Source: a virus. From it: 64,000 bases of DNA. Below the pieces are notes generated by a model. That model did no database searches. It saw only the letters and a list, made by a program, of their open reading frames with translations, and was not told the origin of the DNA. The stretch lies in the UHGV virus genome UHGV-1364441. One strand, given 5' to 3'. Positions 28,334 through 38,097 of this stretch are shown here, one piece after another (the stretch's first letter is position 1; every line of letters begins with the position of its first letter). The position numbers and the translations under genes were made by a program.

Positions 28334-29428
28334 TCATTCAATGATTTTTTCGGCTGTCAGCCAGCTAATTTCATGCCTGTCTTTCGGCGGTTTTAGCATG
28401 TGAGCATATTCAGCGACATGCTCCCACGGAATTGTTTTTGCCCACTCAACGATAGCATTGTGATCTGCAGTGAAGAGTGGAATAGTGTGCGATTTCAACC
28501 ATTCTAATGTCGTGACGCCATGTTTTTTGGCGTGGTGCTGCGCATGATGCCGGGCTATCACTCGTAATGGCATTGTCCATTCACTACCATCAGGCATCGA
28601 AAAGCGCATTGTCTTCGGCATATCTGATTCAAGAACAGCCTCCCTAATACCAGGGAACTCACCAAGAATCATACGACGATAGTCATCACTATTTCGCCCG
28701 CCATACCTTTCGGCAAAATGATCAAGATATTCTTGGGTAATAAATGGTGAATCCTCCGCACTCAGCTTAATGGCTTTATATACACCACTCGTATTATCTT
28801 CAGCTAAAGCACGTCCATGATGTGAATCATAAAAAAAGCCTATTTCCTCTGGTGACGGAATTGAAGTGAGCAATATGCGTGAATCACCACTAGTCATGCT
28901 TGCCCACACAATGCTGTATGCCCGATCGCTGATATGTGCGGAATCCACAATAATGAATAAAAGATGGTCGGCGTAGTGACCTGCAATGCTATCTTCATAG
29001 TTAAGGCGGTAGTTACAAAAGCACATTCCCCAAAATTCATTGAACATCAGACCGCTATCACCGACCTTAAAATACTCAATGATAAAAGGTTGTTTTTTCA
29101 GCAATGCCTCCCAACATTGCCACACATATGCAACAATTCCTCTTTTGCAAGCATTTGATTTTGGATAAACAATTACTGTCCGGGAATCAGGATACATAAT
29201 CGTATAAAGGGTACTAATAACAGCAAGCACTTGCGGTCGTCCGATCCCATACGGAGTGGTGACAGTAGCTTTTGCATTATTGGGCTGTATAGCTTCAACA
29301 ATTTGTTGTTGCTGGTGGCTTAAATCAATATCAAACAATTCTTTTGCTGCCAGTACCCAATTGTCTTTATATTTCTCCACCAGCGACAGCCAGCGCGGAT
29401 CTTTATAAATATTGCTCTTAGTCGCCAT
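28334..29428 (-). CDS. Terminase-large-subunit paralog with degenerate ATPase motifs
   Basis: Resembles the PacB-like protein at 34728-36236 (shared FYDSHH block), but Walker A is TTPYGIGRPQV (no GKS/T) and Walker B is IIVDSAH. Confidence 0.55.
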   Translation of the reverse strand: MATKSNIYKDPRWLSLVEKYKDNWVLAAKELFDIDLSHQQQQIVEAIQPNNAKATVTTPYGIGRPQVLAVISTLYTIMYPDSRTVIVYPKSNACKRGIVAYVWQCWEALLKKQPFIIEYFKVGDSGLMFNEFWGMCFCNYRLNYEDSIAGHYADHLLFIIVDSAHISDRAYSIVWASMTSGDSRILLTSIPSPEEIGFFYDSHHGRALAEDNTSGVYKAIKLSAEDSPFITQEYLDHFAERYGGRNSDDYRRMILGEFPGIREAVLESDMPKTMRFSMPDGSEWTMPLRVIARHHAQHHAKKHGVTTLEWLKSHTIPLFTADHNAIVEWAKTIPWEHVAEYAHMLKPPKDRHEISWLTAEKIIE

Positions 29429-30185
29429 CTGCCACTTCCTTAACTTCTTCTTTGGCCTGTTCTGCAATCGCCGCACGGCATTTCGCCCTGGCTGTAGCGA
29501 TTGCTTCAGCTCGCACATCGTCTGGAATCGTTGACGTGATATACATATCCAGTTCTTCGGCACGGAATACTGTTTGGTCCAGATATTCGCGTAGCATCCA
29601 GGTAAATTCGAAATCACACGCGATAATCTCTGCGCTACCTTCTGCACCATTTGGGAAATGAATAAATGCCTGTTTAGCCAAACCGATAACACGACATGCG
29701 GTTGCCAAAACAGCGACAACCAGGTTTACATTTTCACACGCTACGGGCTGATTAACGCCGGAGATTACTCCATTTAACTGTCGGTTATATGGAAGGTAGT
29801 TTGAGATGCGTTCTACGCGCCATGTGCCAGTCAGGCTGCCATTTTTAAATATAATTGGTGTAACGGATAGCCCAAGCTCGCGTATAAGTCGTTGCGCTAT
29901 AGCAGGATCATTAAACAGGTCTAATGCTACACATTCGAAAGACTGCGCAAGGGCAAACAGTTCTTCCAGAGAGTAGTCTTTGCCCCTGGCGGTGATGTAA
30001 CGACGAACGCCGCTGTCTGCATCACTCCATATAGCTACGCCATGCTCTTCATTCAGCTCTTCATTAAAGCCGAGATACGTCATGATAGTGCGTTCAATCG
30101 TGTCAAACGGCAGTGACATGTCGGCGTTAACAGCCACCAGCAGGCCATTACGCAAGCGGTATTGAATTGTTTTAGTGCTTTCCAT
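29418..30185 (-). CDS. Hypothetical protein (255 aa)
   Basis: Stop overlaps the start of the terminase paralog. Confidence 0.5.
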   Translation of the reverse strand: MESTKTIQYRLRNGLLVAVNADMSLPFDTIERTIMTYLGFNEELNEEHGVAIWSDADSGVRRYITARGKDYSLEELFALAQSFECVALDLFNDPAIAQRLIRELGLSVTPIIFKNGSLTGTWRVERISNYLPYNRQLNGVISGVNQPVACENVNLVVAVLATACRVIGLAKQAFIHFPNGAEGSAEIIACDFEFTWMLREYLDQTVFRAEELDMYITSTIPDDVRAEAIATARAKCRAAIAEQAKEEVKEVADGD

Positions 30186-30191
30186 GTCAAA

Positions 30192-30854
30192 TCACTCCAC
30201 AACAAACCAGTCACAGGCCAGCAGGTCGCCAACTGAAGGCACCCACGGAACAACTACACCTTGTGCATTTTTTAAGGCGAAATAAGCACCATACGGAACG
30301 AGGTCGCCGGGGAAATATCCCTTAATGGCTTCCATTCGTGCCGGGTACTGTCCTTCGGGAACCAGCCAGCAGAATTGGTTTTCGCCGTTCCACCCGCGTC
30401 GAGCAACTTTCTTGCCATCCTTCAACCACATCAGCGCGTCAGAAAAGTCGGCTGCTTCAAGGTCGATTTCTTCTTGTAGAGTAGCGATACCGCCAGCAGA
30501 AATAGTTACGTCCCTGGCTGTAATGAATGTCACCCCATTGTGACCTTCAATGCTGAGCGATACCCCATTTTCGGAGGCGTCGTTAACCCGGCTATAGCAT
30601 TTTTCAAATGCTTTCTCTGGCACATAGACCAGATAACCATTTTCAGCAGTGACGAGATATCCTCCTATTTGCGGTCGGAACTTTTCCAAGAACACACCAT
30701 CAACACGAAGCGTCATTCCTTTTGGCTCCACGACTTCGATGCTGCCAAAAATGGGCGCATAAGCTTTGCCGACAATAACAATATCTTTGATTTTCGATGC
30801 CCGAATGATGCTGTGGCATTTGTATTTGGGGAACACCTGAAAAGTGCTGGCCAT
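30192..30854 (-). CDS. Protein with C-terminal DUF2829-like domain
   Basis: ALMWLKDGKKVARRGWNG ... PWVPSVGDLLACDWFVVE pattern. Confidence 0.5.
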   Translation of the reverse strand: MASTFQVFPKYKCHSIIRASKIKDIVIVGKAYAPIFGSIEVVEPKGMTLRVDGVFLEKFRPQIGGYLVTAENGYLVYVPEKAFEKCYSRVNDASENGVSLSIEGHNGVTFITARDVTISAGGIATLQEEIDLEAADFSDALMWLKDGKKVARRGWNGENQFCWLVPEGQYPARMEAIKGYFPGDLVPYGAYFALKNAQGVVVPWVPSVGDLLACDWFVVE

Positions 30855-30868
30855 AATCCTTCCTCTAC

Positions 30869-31363
30869 TTAAAACTTTGCGTACTGAAGCGGTGTACGCT
30901 TGATTTCAACGCGGCCTTCCGATGTGCTACCAAAGCCACCAGCACCACGCTCCGTTTCGTTGAGTTCCTCAACCTCGACTAGTGAGACTTGTTCAACACG
31001 CTCAAAAATTCCTTGCATGACAGCCATTCCAGGCTTGAGACAAACGCCTTCCCCGCCTGGATCAGTAATCAGTTTTGCCATGATTTCGCCGCGATAATCG
31101 GAGTCGATAATTCCTACGCAGTTAGCCAGGCGAGTATGTTTTTTGCAGCCCAATCCTGATCGCGGATAGAGTTTCAGACACCAGCCGGGCGGGATCTCCA
31201 TAGCCAGTCCGGTATACACCCACCAGCTTGAGGAAATTGCACCATTGCTATCGACGCATGGTTTTATTTCAACAGCCTCAAAATCCATCGCCGCCGATCC
31301 GGAGGTGGCATAAGCTGGAAGTTTTGCTGCCGGATGTAGGCGTTTCACTTTTACGTAAATCAT
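30869..31363 (-). CDS. dut: dUTP diphosphatase
   Basis: dUTPase motifs RSGLG, GIIDSDYRGE, GFGSTS. Confidence 0.85.
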   Translation of the reverse strand: MIYVKVKRLHPAAKLPAYATSGSAAMDFEAVEIKPCVDSNGAISSSWWVYTGLAMEIPPGWCLKLYPRSGLGCKKHTRLANCVGIIDSDYRGEIMAKLITDPGGEGVCLKPGMAVMQGIFERVEQVSLVEVEELNETERGAGGFGSTSEGRVEIKRTPLQYAKF

Positions 31364-31836
31364 TGTTTTTTAGCTCTCTGCGTGAAGGTGTAAACCCGAC
31401 GTTTGATATGTGGAACGGTAGGAACAGGAAGACAGGAACTTTCAATAACTCCTTGCTCCTCCAGCGATCGCACCGCCCGCAAGAACTGCGACGTGTCGCC
31501 GCCAAACTGGCGGGCATAGGTGCTGCCGTTATGAAGTATTTGAGCTATTACCCGAGCTTTTGTCTGGCTGTCACGATATGCGAATAGCCGCACGGCCTCT
31601 TCTGGCGCAATCGCTAACTGATAGCCTTTCCCGGCACGGTGTCGAATGAATCCATGCGCCAGTAGGTTTTTGAGTTCGTTACGAGTGCGAACAGATCCGT
31701 AATCCAGGAAGTGTGGATTGATAACGACTGGCTTAAACCATTCCGTAGGTGCTTTAGCTAATAGAGCTAACAGCTTCCCGGACAATTCTGGATAGGAAGA
31801 CGGGTAACAATTCAGAGATGGGTAATAAGTTTTCAC
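31360..31836 (-). CDS. Hypothetical protein, possible winged-helix DNA-binding
   Basis: 158-aa ORF coupled to dut. Confidence 0.45.
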   Translation of the reverse strand: MKTYYPSLNCYPSSYPELSGKLLALLAKAPTEWFKPVVINPHFLDYGSVRTRNELKNLLAHGFIRHRAGKGYQLAIAPEEAVRLFAYRDSQTKARVIAQILHNGSTYARQFGGDTSQFLRAVRSLEEQGVIESSCLPVPTVPHIKRRVYTFTQRAKKQ

Positions 31837-32177
31837 CGACGCCCCCTTGCCGGATATCGACCTGCATTAGTATCCGGTGCAATAAAGCCGGTAGTGGGGC
31901 GAGTGAAAGCGAGATTAATCTTCTCGACCATAGTGCGATAATTTTCCTGATAGTGGGCCAGGAGTTTTTCGGCGGCAATGATGGTTACTTTCCGGACGTA
32001 GCTTTCTGCTTCCTCCAGATTTCGCCAGTTTTTTTCGAGGGTAAACACAGGGACGGCCTCAAGCCCGGTCATGATGCCGAACACAACGACAGCATGACTG
32101 TTCTTAACACCAGCGGCGAAGGTTACGGTGTAACCATCCACCTTGAAGCGTCTTGATTCCGTGATTTGACTCTGCAA
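31833..32177 (-). CDS. Hypothetical protein (114 aa)
   Basis: First gene after the operator-like site at 32233-32252. Confidence 0.45.
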   Translation of the reverse strand: MQSQITESRRFKVDGYTVTFAAGVKNSHAVVVFGIMTGLEAVPVFTLEKNWRNLEEAESYVRKVTIIAAEKLLAHYQENYRTMVEKINLAFTRPTTGFIAPDTNAGRYPARGRR

Positions 32178-32232
32178 AGCACCCTCCTAAATAGGCGAGG
32201 GTACTTTACAGCAAAGGCGTTAATCTAAAAAG

Positions 32233-32252
32233 ATGTGTTAGAAATTTAATTT
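32233..32252 (+). promoter_or_regulatory. Operator-like motif ATGTGTTAGAAATTTAATTT at the 3' end of the recombinase gene
   Basis: Instance of the recurrent motif. Confidence 0.45.
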
Positions 32253-33279
32253 ACGAATCCATCAGGCGGCTATTAGCCCCCACAGACACGCCACCACGGC
32301 GAAGATACCGCATAAGTGTTTCCGGTTTCTTCCAGGTTCCTTCCTGCATGATCTCCACCATAGACACCTGCTTTTCAGCCATATCAATAGCGGCCCCGAC
32401 GCGTGCACTATGCCCGGTCCACGTCCGGTATCTTCCTTTGTTTGGCGTAGCATCTCTTTTATTCAGCAACACCCAGGCGTCGCTGAATATTTTCTCCATT
32501 GCAGGTGCAGTAAGGGGCGTTGTCGTGATCCTGGCCTTATTGCTACGGTGTATCGGCGGGAACAGCACTGCGTCAGGATGTTCGCGAAGCCCGGAAACAT
32601 CCAGCCAGTCATTCAGCACAGCGGTAGTGCGACGGGAAAGCACCTTATCAAGCCCGGCGGCGGTCGTTATTGTCTTCGTGTGTGAAATATGTAGCGTGAC
32701 AGTGTCACCTGTTTGGTCCAGATCTCCTACACGAATACGCGAGATTTCCGACATACGCATCAGCGTATTGTATGCAACAAAGAGAAAAGCCCGGTTGCGC
32801 AGATCCACCAGCCGTTCTGACCTGGACAACAGGACGTCGAGCAGTTTCAGATCGTCCCACCGCAGCGGTATAGCCTGGCCTGTTCGTTCGCCTTTTTCAG
32901 TTGCCGCTTCGCGCCGGATGCGCCGCATAGCCAGAGAAACACTTTTATCATCCGAAAGTGGCGGAAGGCCACAATGCGAAAGCAGCATGTTCAGCATGGC
33001 GTAGTGCTTATCAATGGTGGTCGAAGCCAGATCGGCATCATGCAGCTGAAGAAAATACTCGCGGGCCATTTCTGGTGAGATCGGAAACCAGGCAAGCTGG
33101 CGAGCGTGACACCAGCGCGCCCAGGAATGAAACACCAAACGGAGGTCGCGCAGAGTATTCGGCGCATAAGCTCCCTGGTCATTCATGAACCGCATAAAGT
33201 TTTCTGCGGCTTCCTGGTACTCTTTGCCAATGTTGCGCAGAAAACCACCGGAACTGCCAGAGATAATTAATTCACTCAT
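32251..33279 (-). CDS. dre: Cre-family tyrosine recombinase, Dre-like
   Basis: 342 aa, colinear with P1 Cre (WFP, LSxxGLP, VSLxMRRIR, YNTL, WxGHSARVGAA, EIMQ blocks); adjacent rox-like site. Confidence 0.85.
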   Translation of the reverse strand: MSELIISGSSGGFLRNIGKEYQEAAENFMRFMNDQGAYAPNTLRDLRLVFHSWARWCHARQLAWFPISPEMAREYFLQLHDADLASTTIDKHYAMLNMLLSHCGLPPLSDDKSVSLAMRRIRREAATEKGERTGQAIPLRWDDLKLLDVLLSRSERLVDLRNRAFLFVAYNTLMRMSEISRIRVGDLDQTGDTVTLHISHTKTITTAAGLDKVLSRRTTAVLNDWLDVSGLREHPDAVLFPPIHRSNKARITTTPLTAPAMEKIFSDAWVLLNKRDATPNKGRYRTWTGHSARVGAAIDMAEKQVSMVEIMQEGTWKKPETLMRYLRRGGVSVGANSRLMDS

Positions 33280-33431
33280 GAAACTATTTAACCTCTATAT
33301 ACAGATGACGCTACGCGAAAAATATAAAAATGACAGGGTAGCTATAAGTTAATTTTCAAGATTCAAGCCTTTGATTCGAGGCACGTATTTTCAGTGATGT
33401 CAATACTGATCATCTACCCATGATTATAGCC

Positions 33432-33463
33432 TAACTTTAAATAATGCCAATTATCTAAAGTTA
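33432..33463. other. rox-like recombination site TAACTTTAAATAAT-GCCA-ATTATCTAAAGTTA
   Basis: 14-bp inverted arms (1 mismatch) around a 4-bp spacer, about 150 bp upstream of the recombinase start; 31/32 identical to the rox site as I recall it. Confidence 0.75.
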
Positions 33464-33634
33464 GAAATTTAGGAATTTTTTTTCTTTCCGCGCAGATGGG
33501 CAATGCATTGCTGGTGTGGGCTTTAAGTTATGCCTGGCAGTTTTTAAGCAGAATTTTCTAAATTGGATGATAAAAAAATGCATCTTGATCCTTTACTCAC
33601 CCTGTTATTCGGCATAGATTTGTCATAGTAATTT

Positions 33635-33652
33635 TATGTTAGAAAACTAAAT
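33635..33652 (+). promoter_or_regulatory. Operator-like motif TATGTTAGAAAACTAAAT about 15 bp upstream of the 33665 start
   Basis: Instance of the recurrent motif. Confidence 0.45.
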
Positions 33653-33664
33653 CGAGTAGGAATA

Positions 33665-34702
33665 ATGAGTAAGAAGTCGATCGAGAAAGAGTACAAACGG
33701 TTCCTGCAAACCGCTGAACGGTGGAAAGAGCTGGTGGTCGCAAACTCTGTTTTCCATGATACCAGTTATTCCGGCGAGGAATTCCGCCATGTTGCACTAA
33801 CACATGATCAGAATGTGCTAGAAGAAGCTGAAAAGTGCCTCACAGAATGGAAAGCCTTTGTTGACTTGTGCCGTAACGCTGACGGCAAAGCGTCTAACAT
33901 TGTTGAGTCTGTATATTCTCCGATCCCATTCATTATCGAGGACACAAATCAAAGCACGCATATTGTTGTGCAAAGCGCGACCACCACCCGCTCATTTACG
34001 CGCGAAAATCTGCTCAAAAAATATGATGCAATTATAAAGAAAAGCCTGAAAAACAAGATATTTTCGCAGATTGTTGGTGCACTTGAAGAAGAGCGCCGTT
34101 TTTTCGCATCAGAACCTGAAGGGGAAGTTTACCGGGCGCGCAAAGATGGATACACAGATGTAGTGCTTACAACAAACATTGAAGGCAGCAATGCTCTGTC
34201 ACGATTCAGGGTAGGCGCACACGGAGCCTTAGTGTTCGCAAAACTTCCGAACACCACAGTGCCCGTTGTTAATAATGTCGGCGAACGTCGCAGCATTACT
34301 ATTTATTCTGGGGTTGAGTCGATACCTTGCGGCCTGCTTGGTGACTTTAGTCTCTATCGCGTTCGCGATCTGGAGAAACACCAACCAAGCTATGTTGCGA
34401 AGTCATACATCTTGCGAAACATCGACATCCGCAATGAGAGCTTAAAGAACAAATCAGCCAAAATGCTTGAGGAAGCCGATCCGGCTATTCGCCATATCAT
34501 TGAGCGTAAAATACAGACAGCACGCGAAGCGATGGCGCGACTGAATAAAATGGATCTGGAGTTGTTAGACGTAATGATGACATCCGGAGATGACCTGACA
34601 GGCATAAAACTGACAGACGCGCGGAAAAGATACGGTAAAACCATAGAAGAACGTTACGGGTTCACTTTCTCCCAAACACAGCACGCCGCTAAACTCTGGT
34701 AA
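33665..34702 (+). CDS. Hypothetical protein; candidate C1-like master repressor (by position only)
   Basis: Sits between the rox site and pacB, convergent with pacB, as c1 does in P1; operator-like motif just upstream; no sequence-level assignment made. Confidence 0.4.
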   Translation: MSKKSIEKEYKRFLQTAERWKELVVANSVFHDTSYSGEEFRHVALTHDQNVLEEAEKCLTEWKAFVDLCRNADGKASNIVESVYSPIPFIIEDTNQSTHIVVQSATTTRSFTRENLLKKYDAIIKKSLKNKIFSQIVGALEEERRFFASEPEGEVYRARKDGYTDVVLTTNIEGSNALSRFRVGAHGALVFAKLPNTTVPVVNNVGERRSITIYSGVESIPCGLLGDFSLYRVRDLEKHQPSYVAKSYILRNIDIRNESLKNKSAKMLEEADPAIRHIIERKIQTAREAMARLNKMDLELLDVMMTSGDDLTGIKLTDARKRYGKTIEERYGFTFSQTQHAAKLW

Positions 34703-34727
34703 TCATAAGCCCCGCATTGCCGGGGCT

Positions 34728-36236
34728 TTATATATCCAGATCTGGCATTTCCACATCTGCAAGAACCTGATCGCGGAAGGTAGCCATTTCAGCGCCGATA
34801 TCTTCATTAGCAGGAACATAGTCCACCAGCATTGTAAAGCAGTAGGTATCCCATCGGTCAGGTGATTTGATGTTCAGCTTTTGCCGCATGTGCTCCTTGC
34901 GCATCATCGCCATCTTCCCTTCTTCATTAAGTAAAAAGGGGATTTTTGACGCTTGCTCTGCCGTTTTAGGGTCACTGTCTATTCGCATACGACCTGACTT
35001 TATGGCATCACGAGCCATAATATTTGCGTAGGCACGCTGGTTAACAAAACGCTCCTTGTCTTTGTTCGAAAACATGGGTTTCCCCCACCGAATCCGTACC
35101 GGATTAGCCCCACGGCGCACCAGCTGCGCACAGGTATCTGAACCAAAACCGTCTGCGTCAACCGCGATTGTAATATTCGGGTATTTATCCGGCGTGCATT
35201 CGTTGTATATAAAGTCAGCAAAAGCCAGCGGGTCCATAGTCCCTGGCATTTCCATTACCTTAAAGTTAACAACACGCCGCTTTTCCCGGTGACCAGACAC
35301 TTTACAGATATTAAGAACTGACTTGTCTCGCCCGTTACCAACGTCAGCAGTAGCCACCCATCCCCAGTTTTTCTCCAACAACACCTTGCGCCGCGCAGCG
35401 CGATCGCATTCATCACGACCAAGCAAATAGCCGTTAATCTCCCGAGGAAACTGACCAAGAACCTTGACCATGTACTCAATAGAATCGCGCCCGCCATATT
35501 CCAGGAGTTTCTGCCTGATGAATTGTGGTGTGACGAACGGTGATTCTTCTGAGTTAAGAACAATTGCTGTCCAGATCCCTTTCGGGTTGTCTGGGGTTTT
35601 AGCTTGAGAATGGTGCGAATCGTAGAAATAACCACTTGGCCTTGTTGGCTGGGATAGCATCAACATTCGGTTATCTTCTTCAGTCAGAGCGCCAGTCATT
35701 ACGCCGATCGCTTTATCAGATATACCTGATGCTTCATCCAGAATTAGAAGCAAATGTGCCGCGTGCTCCCCCGCCAGAGCTTCTTCGTTACCGAGTCGAT
35801 AGCCTTTGCAGAGAACTTCCCAGATCCCCTTTCGAGAGCGTTCATAAAACATGGTGTCAGACAGGACAAAATAGGTCTGTAACCACCCATGACGCTTAAC
35901 GGCATTCGCCCAATACTGTTTAACGTATTTAAATACACCTGTCTTAACCTGACCTATTTTGTTAGCAACAATGATGACACGGGCATCGGGGAACAGAATC
36001 AAATAAATCAGCAACAACATAGCCGTTAGCGACGATTTCCCTGTACCGTGACCAGAGGTAACAGTGGTTCTGCTCCCTTTTTGCTGTACGGACTGGATAA
36101 TCTCCTGCTGCTGGTGGGAGGGAAACATCCCGAATATATCAACAACAGCCTGGGTAAAGTTGTAGCGGTATTTGATTACCATATCGCGCCAGCGTGGATC
36201 GCTGGTGACGCATTTAATCTTGCGCCCACCAGCCAT
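34728..36236 (-). CDS. pacB: Terminase large subunit (PacB-like)
   Basis: Walker A TSGHGTGKSS and Walker B LLILDEASGI; 502 aa; coupled to upstream small-subunit-like gene. Confidence 0.7.
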   Translation of the reverse strand: MAGGRKIKCVTSDPRWRDMVIKYRYNFTQAVVDIFGMFPSHQQQEIIQSVQQKGSRTTVTSGHGTGKSSLTAMLLLIYLILFPDARVIIVANKIGQVKTGVFKYVKQYWANAVKRHGWLQTYFVLSDTMFYERSRKGIWEVLCKGYRLGNEEALAGEHAAHLLLILDEASGISDKAIGVMTGALTEEDNRMLMLSQPTRPSGYFYDSHHSQAKTPDNPKGIWTAIVLNSEESPFVTPQFIRQKLLEYGGRDSIEYMVKVLGQFPREINGYLLGRDECDRAARRKVLLEKNWGWVATADVGNGRDKSVLNICKVSGHREKRRVVNFKVMEMPGTMDPLAFADFIYNECTPDKYPNITIAVDADGFGSDTCAQLVRRGANPVRIRWGKPMFSNKDKERFVNQRAYANIMARDAIKSGRMRIDSDPKTAEQASKIPFLLNEEGKMAMMRKEHMRQKLNIKSPDRWDTYCFTMLVDYVPANEDIGAEMATFRDQVLADVEMPDLDI

Positions 36237-37600
36237 TAGTCATCCTCCGGCGGTTCTATCGCAATATCATCATCTCCGGCGTCATACCCTGCATCTGATG
36301 CATCATAATCACCGTAAATTTCAGCCGTTGCCGAAGGGTCAATGTCCAACTCTTCATCGTTGGCCTCGAATTCCCCAGCCTTACGCTCGCCATTGTGGTC
36401 GTAATCTCCGCACCCCAGATCTTCAACAATGGTTGCCACATCCGCCCGGCGCTCTGCCAGCCATTGCGGATGGTTAGCCTGAAGCGATGCAAACTCCTTC
36501 GCTTCTTTGTCCAGCTGTTCATCATCAACATCATTGATGTCAGAAACTGGAGGTTCGAGAAGAGTGATAGCTTTCGCCGCGCGCGCCGCGAGGATAGCCG
36601 GGACACTGACACCCTGACGCTCGATGTATTCAGCAACACCGATATCGTCCAGCTCCTCGCGCTCACGCATACGTATAGCGGCGGCGATAACTCTGGCTGC
36701 GCGTGCGTCAGCGCCAATGCGATATTCAATCTCTTTGCCACGCTGTTCGGCCTGTAGGCGTGCTAATTCGAGTTTTTCTCTGGCCTCGGCCTCTCTGAAT
36801 GCTTGCTGGCGAGCACCCTGACGAAGTTTTTCATCACCCTGTCGCAGCTTTTGTTCGGACTGATATATCGCTGCCAACCTACTGATAAAATCGTTCATGT
36901 AGTAGGCCGCGTCACTGATTAGACCGAGAAGTCGCTGCCCAGGGTGCATTCCTTCTGGCTGTTCATCACCCAGGGCGTCTATCTCCGCCTGTAGGCGTTC
37001 GGCCTCCTGATCAACAATGCTTTGGTACTGAAGTGCGCGTTCTTGCGCCATTTGAATTGCTAACCGCAGGTGCTCTTCTGCGCCGTTCTTCATCATGTCG
37101 CGAGCCACACTCGTAGTGGGCAACGTGGCACGCTGCACAGCACCGCCAGGGATCATTGCTGAAGATCCCTCGATTTTTGAGGCGCATTTATCTTCGGTGG
37201 GGATCATTTTCGCCATTTTTTCGCGCAATGATCTCCTGACAGATTCTTTTATCTCATTGTTATTATTTGCATTATTTTCATGATCCGAAGTTTTCTTTCT
37301 CGGCATACTTCGGAAAGAACCTGTGCCCTGTGAATTGTCAATTTCTGTAAATTTTGTTGTTTCTGTACCCTCTTCTGGTCTTTTTTTTGCTCTTCCTGCC
37401 CGTTTTTTTTGAGGTGATTTGGTGCTTTTTTTTGTAGTCTTCACCTGCGACCGCACCTCATTTTTTTTCATATTGAGATGCTTTCTGGCGGTATTGAAGC
37501 TAAGGTCGTGTTGCTCGCAGTATTCCTTTACGGTGATCCCTTTTTCTTCACGCAACGCTATAAATTTGGCGCGGTGCTCTTCCCAATTAACCAGACTCAT
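36236..37600 (-). CDS. pacA: Terminase small subunit / pac-recognition protein (PacA-like)
   Basis: N-terminal HTH (ITVKEYCEQHDLSFNTARKHL), acidic C-terminus, immediately upstream of pacB-like gene. Confidence 0.55.
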   Translation of the reverse strand: MSLVNWEEHRAKFIALREEKGITVKEYCEQHDLSFNTARKHLNMKKNEVRSQVKTTKKSTKSPQKKRAGRAKKRPEEGTETTKFTEIDNSQGTGSFRSMPRKKTSDHENNANNNNEIKESVRRSLREKMAKMIPTEDKCASKIEGSSAMIPGGAVQRATLPTTSVARDMMKNGAEEHLRLAIQMAQERALQYQSIVDQEAERLQAEIDALGDEQPEGMHPGQRLLGLISDAAYYMNDFISRLAAIYQSEQKLRQGDEKLRQGARQQAFREAEAREKLELARLQAEQRGKEIEYRIGADARAARVIAAAIRMREREELDDIGVAEYIERQGVSVPAILAARAAKAITLLEPPVSDINDVDDEQLDKEAKEFASLQANHPQWLAERRADVATIVEDLGCGDYDHNGERKAGEFEANDEELDIDPSATAEIYGDYDASDAGYDAGDDDIAIEPPEDD

Positions 37601-37989
37601 AAAGCAACACCACGCTTTTTAACGGCGGCATTCCACAGCTTATTCGCCATGTCCACCAGCTCTCGTTGCTCTTTTCGCGCCTGTTCGACTGATTTCCTGC
37701 TACAGTTTTTAACCAGTAAGCTACCGTATTCAGGGGTGCGCCCGCGCACCTTGAACTGATATCCGTTCAGGCCATGCAACCAGTATTTCCGTGGGTAAAC
37801 ACGATCATCAAGCTCACAAATAGCTCGGCTTGACCGCACAAAATGCCGAATGATGTTGGTTACACTTACTCGTGAAACATGAAGGTGAGGATATTTTTCT
37901 TTAGCTAGAGTGGTGATTTCGGTGACTGTCAGATAGCAGTCAGCCCTAATCATGATATCCGCAATTTCTGCGCTGCTGATATGCTCCAT
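37597..37989 (-). CDS. Hypothetical protein (130 aa)
   Basis: ATGA-coupled to the pacA-like gene. Confidence 0.45.
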   Translation of the reverse strand: MEHISSAEIADIMIRADCYLTVTEITTLAKEKYPHLHVSRVSVTNIIRHFVRSSRAICELDDRVYPRKYWLHGLNGYQFKVRGRTPEYGSLLVKNCSRKSVEQARKEQRELVDMANKLWNAAVKKRGVAL

Positions 37990-38065
37990 TAATCCCCCAG
38001 GCAGGAAATGACCGAGGGGATGATAATGAGAATGTTATTTCTGTATAGACTGGCAAAAAGTTGGT

Positions 38066-38097
38066 TATATTAGAAAATTAATTCCATTCATCTAACG
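38066..38097. promoter_or_regulatory. Operator-like pair TATTAGAAAATTAATT ... TCTAACG (degenerate)
   Basis: Variant of the recurrent motif between two minus-strand genes. Confidence 0.4.
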
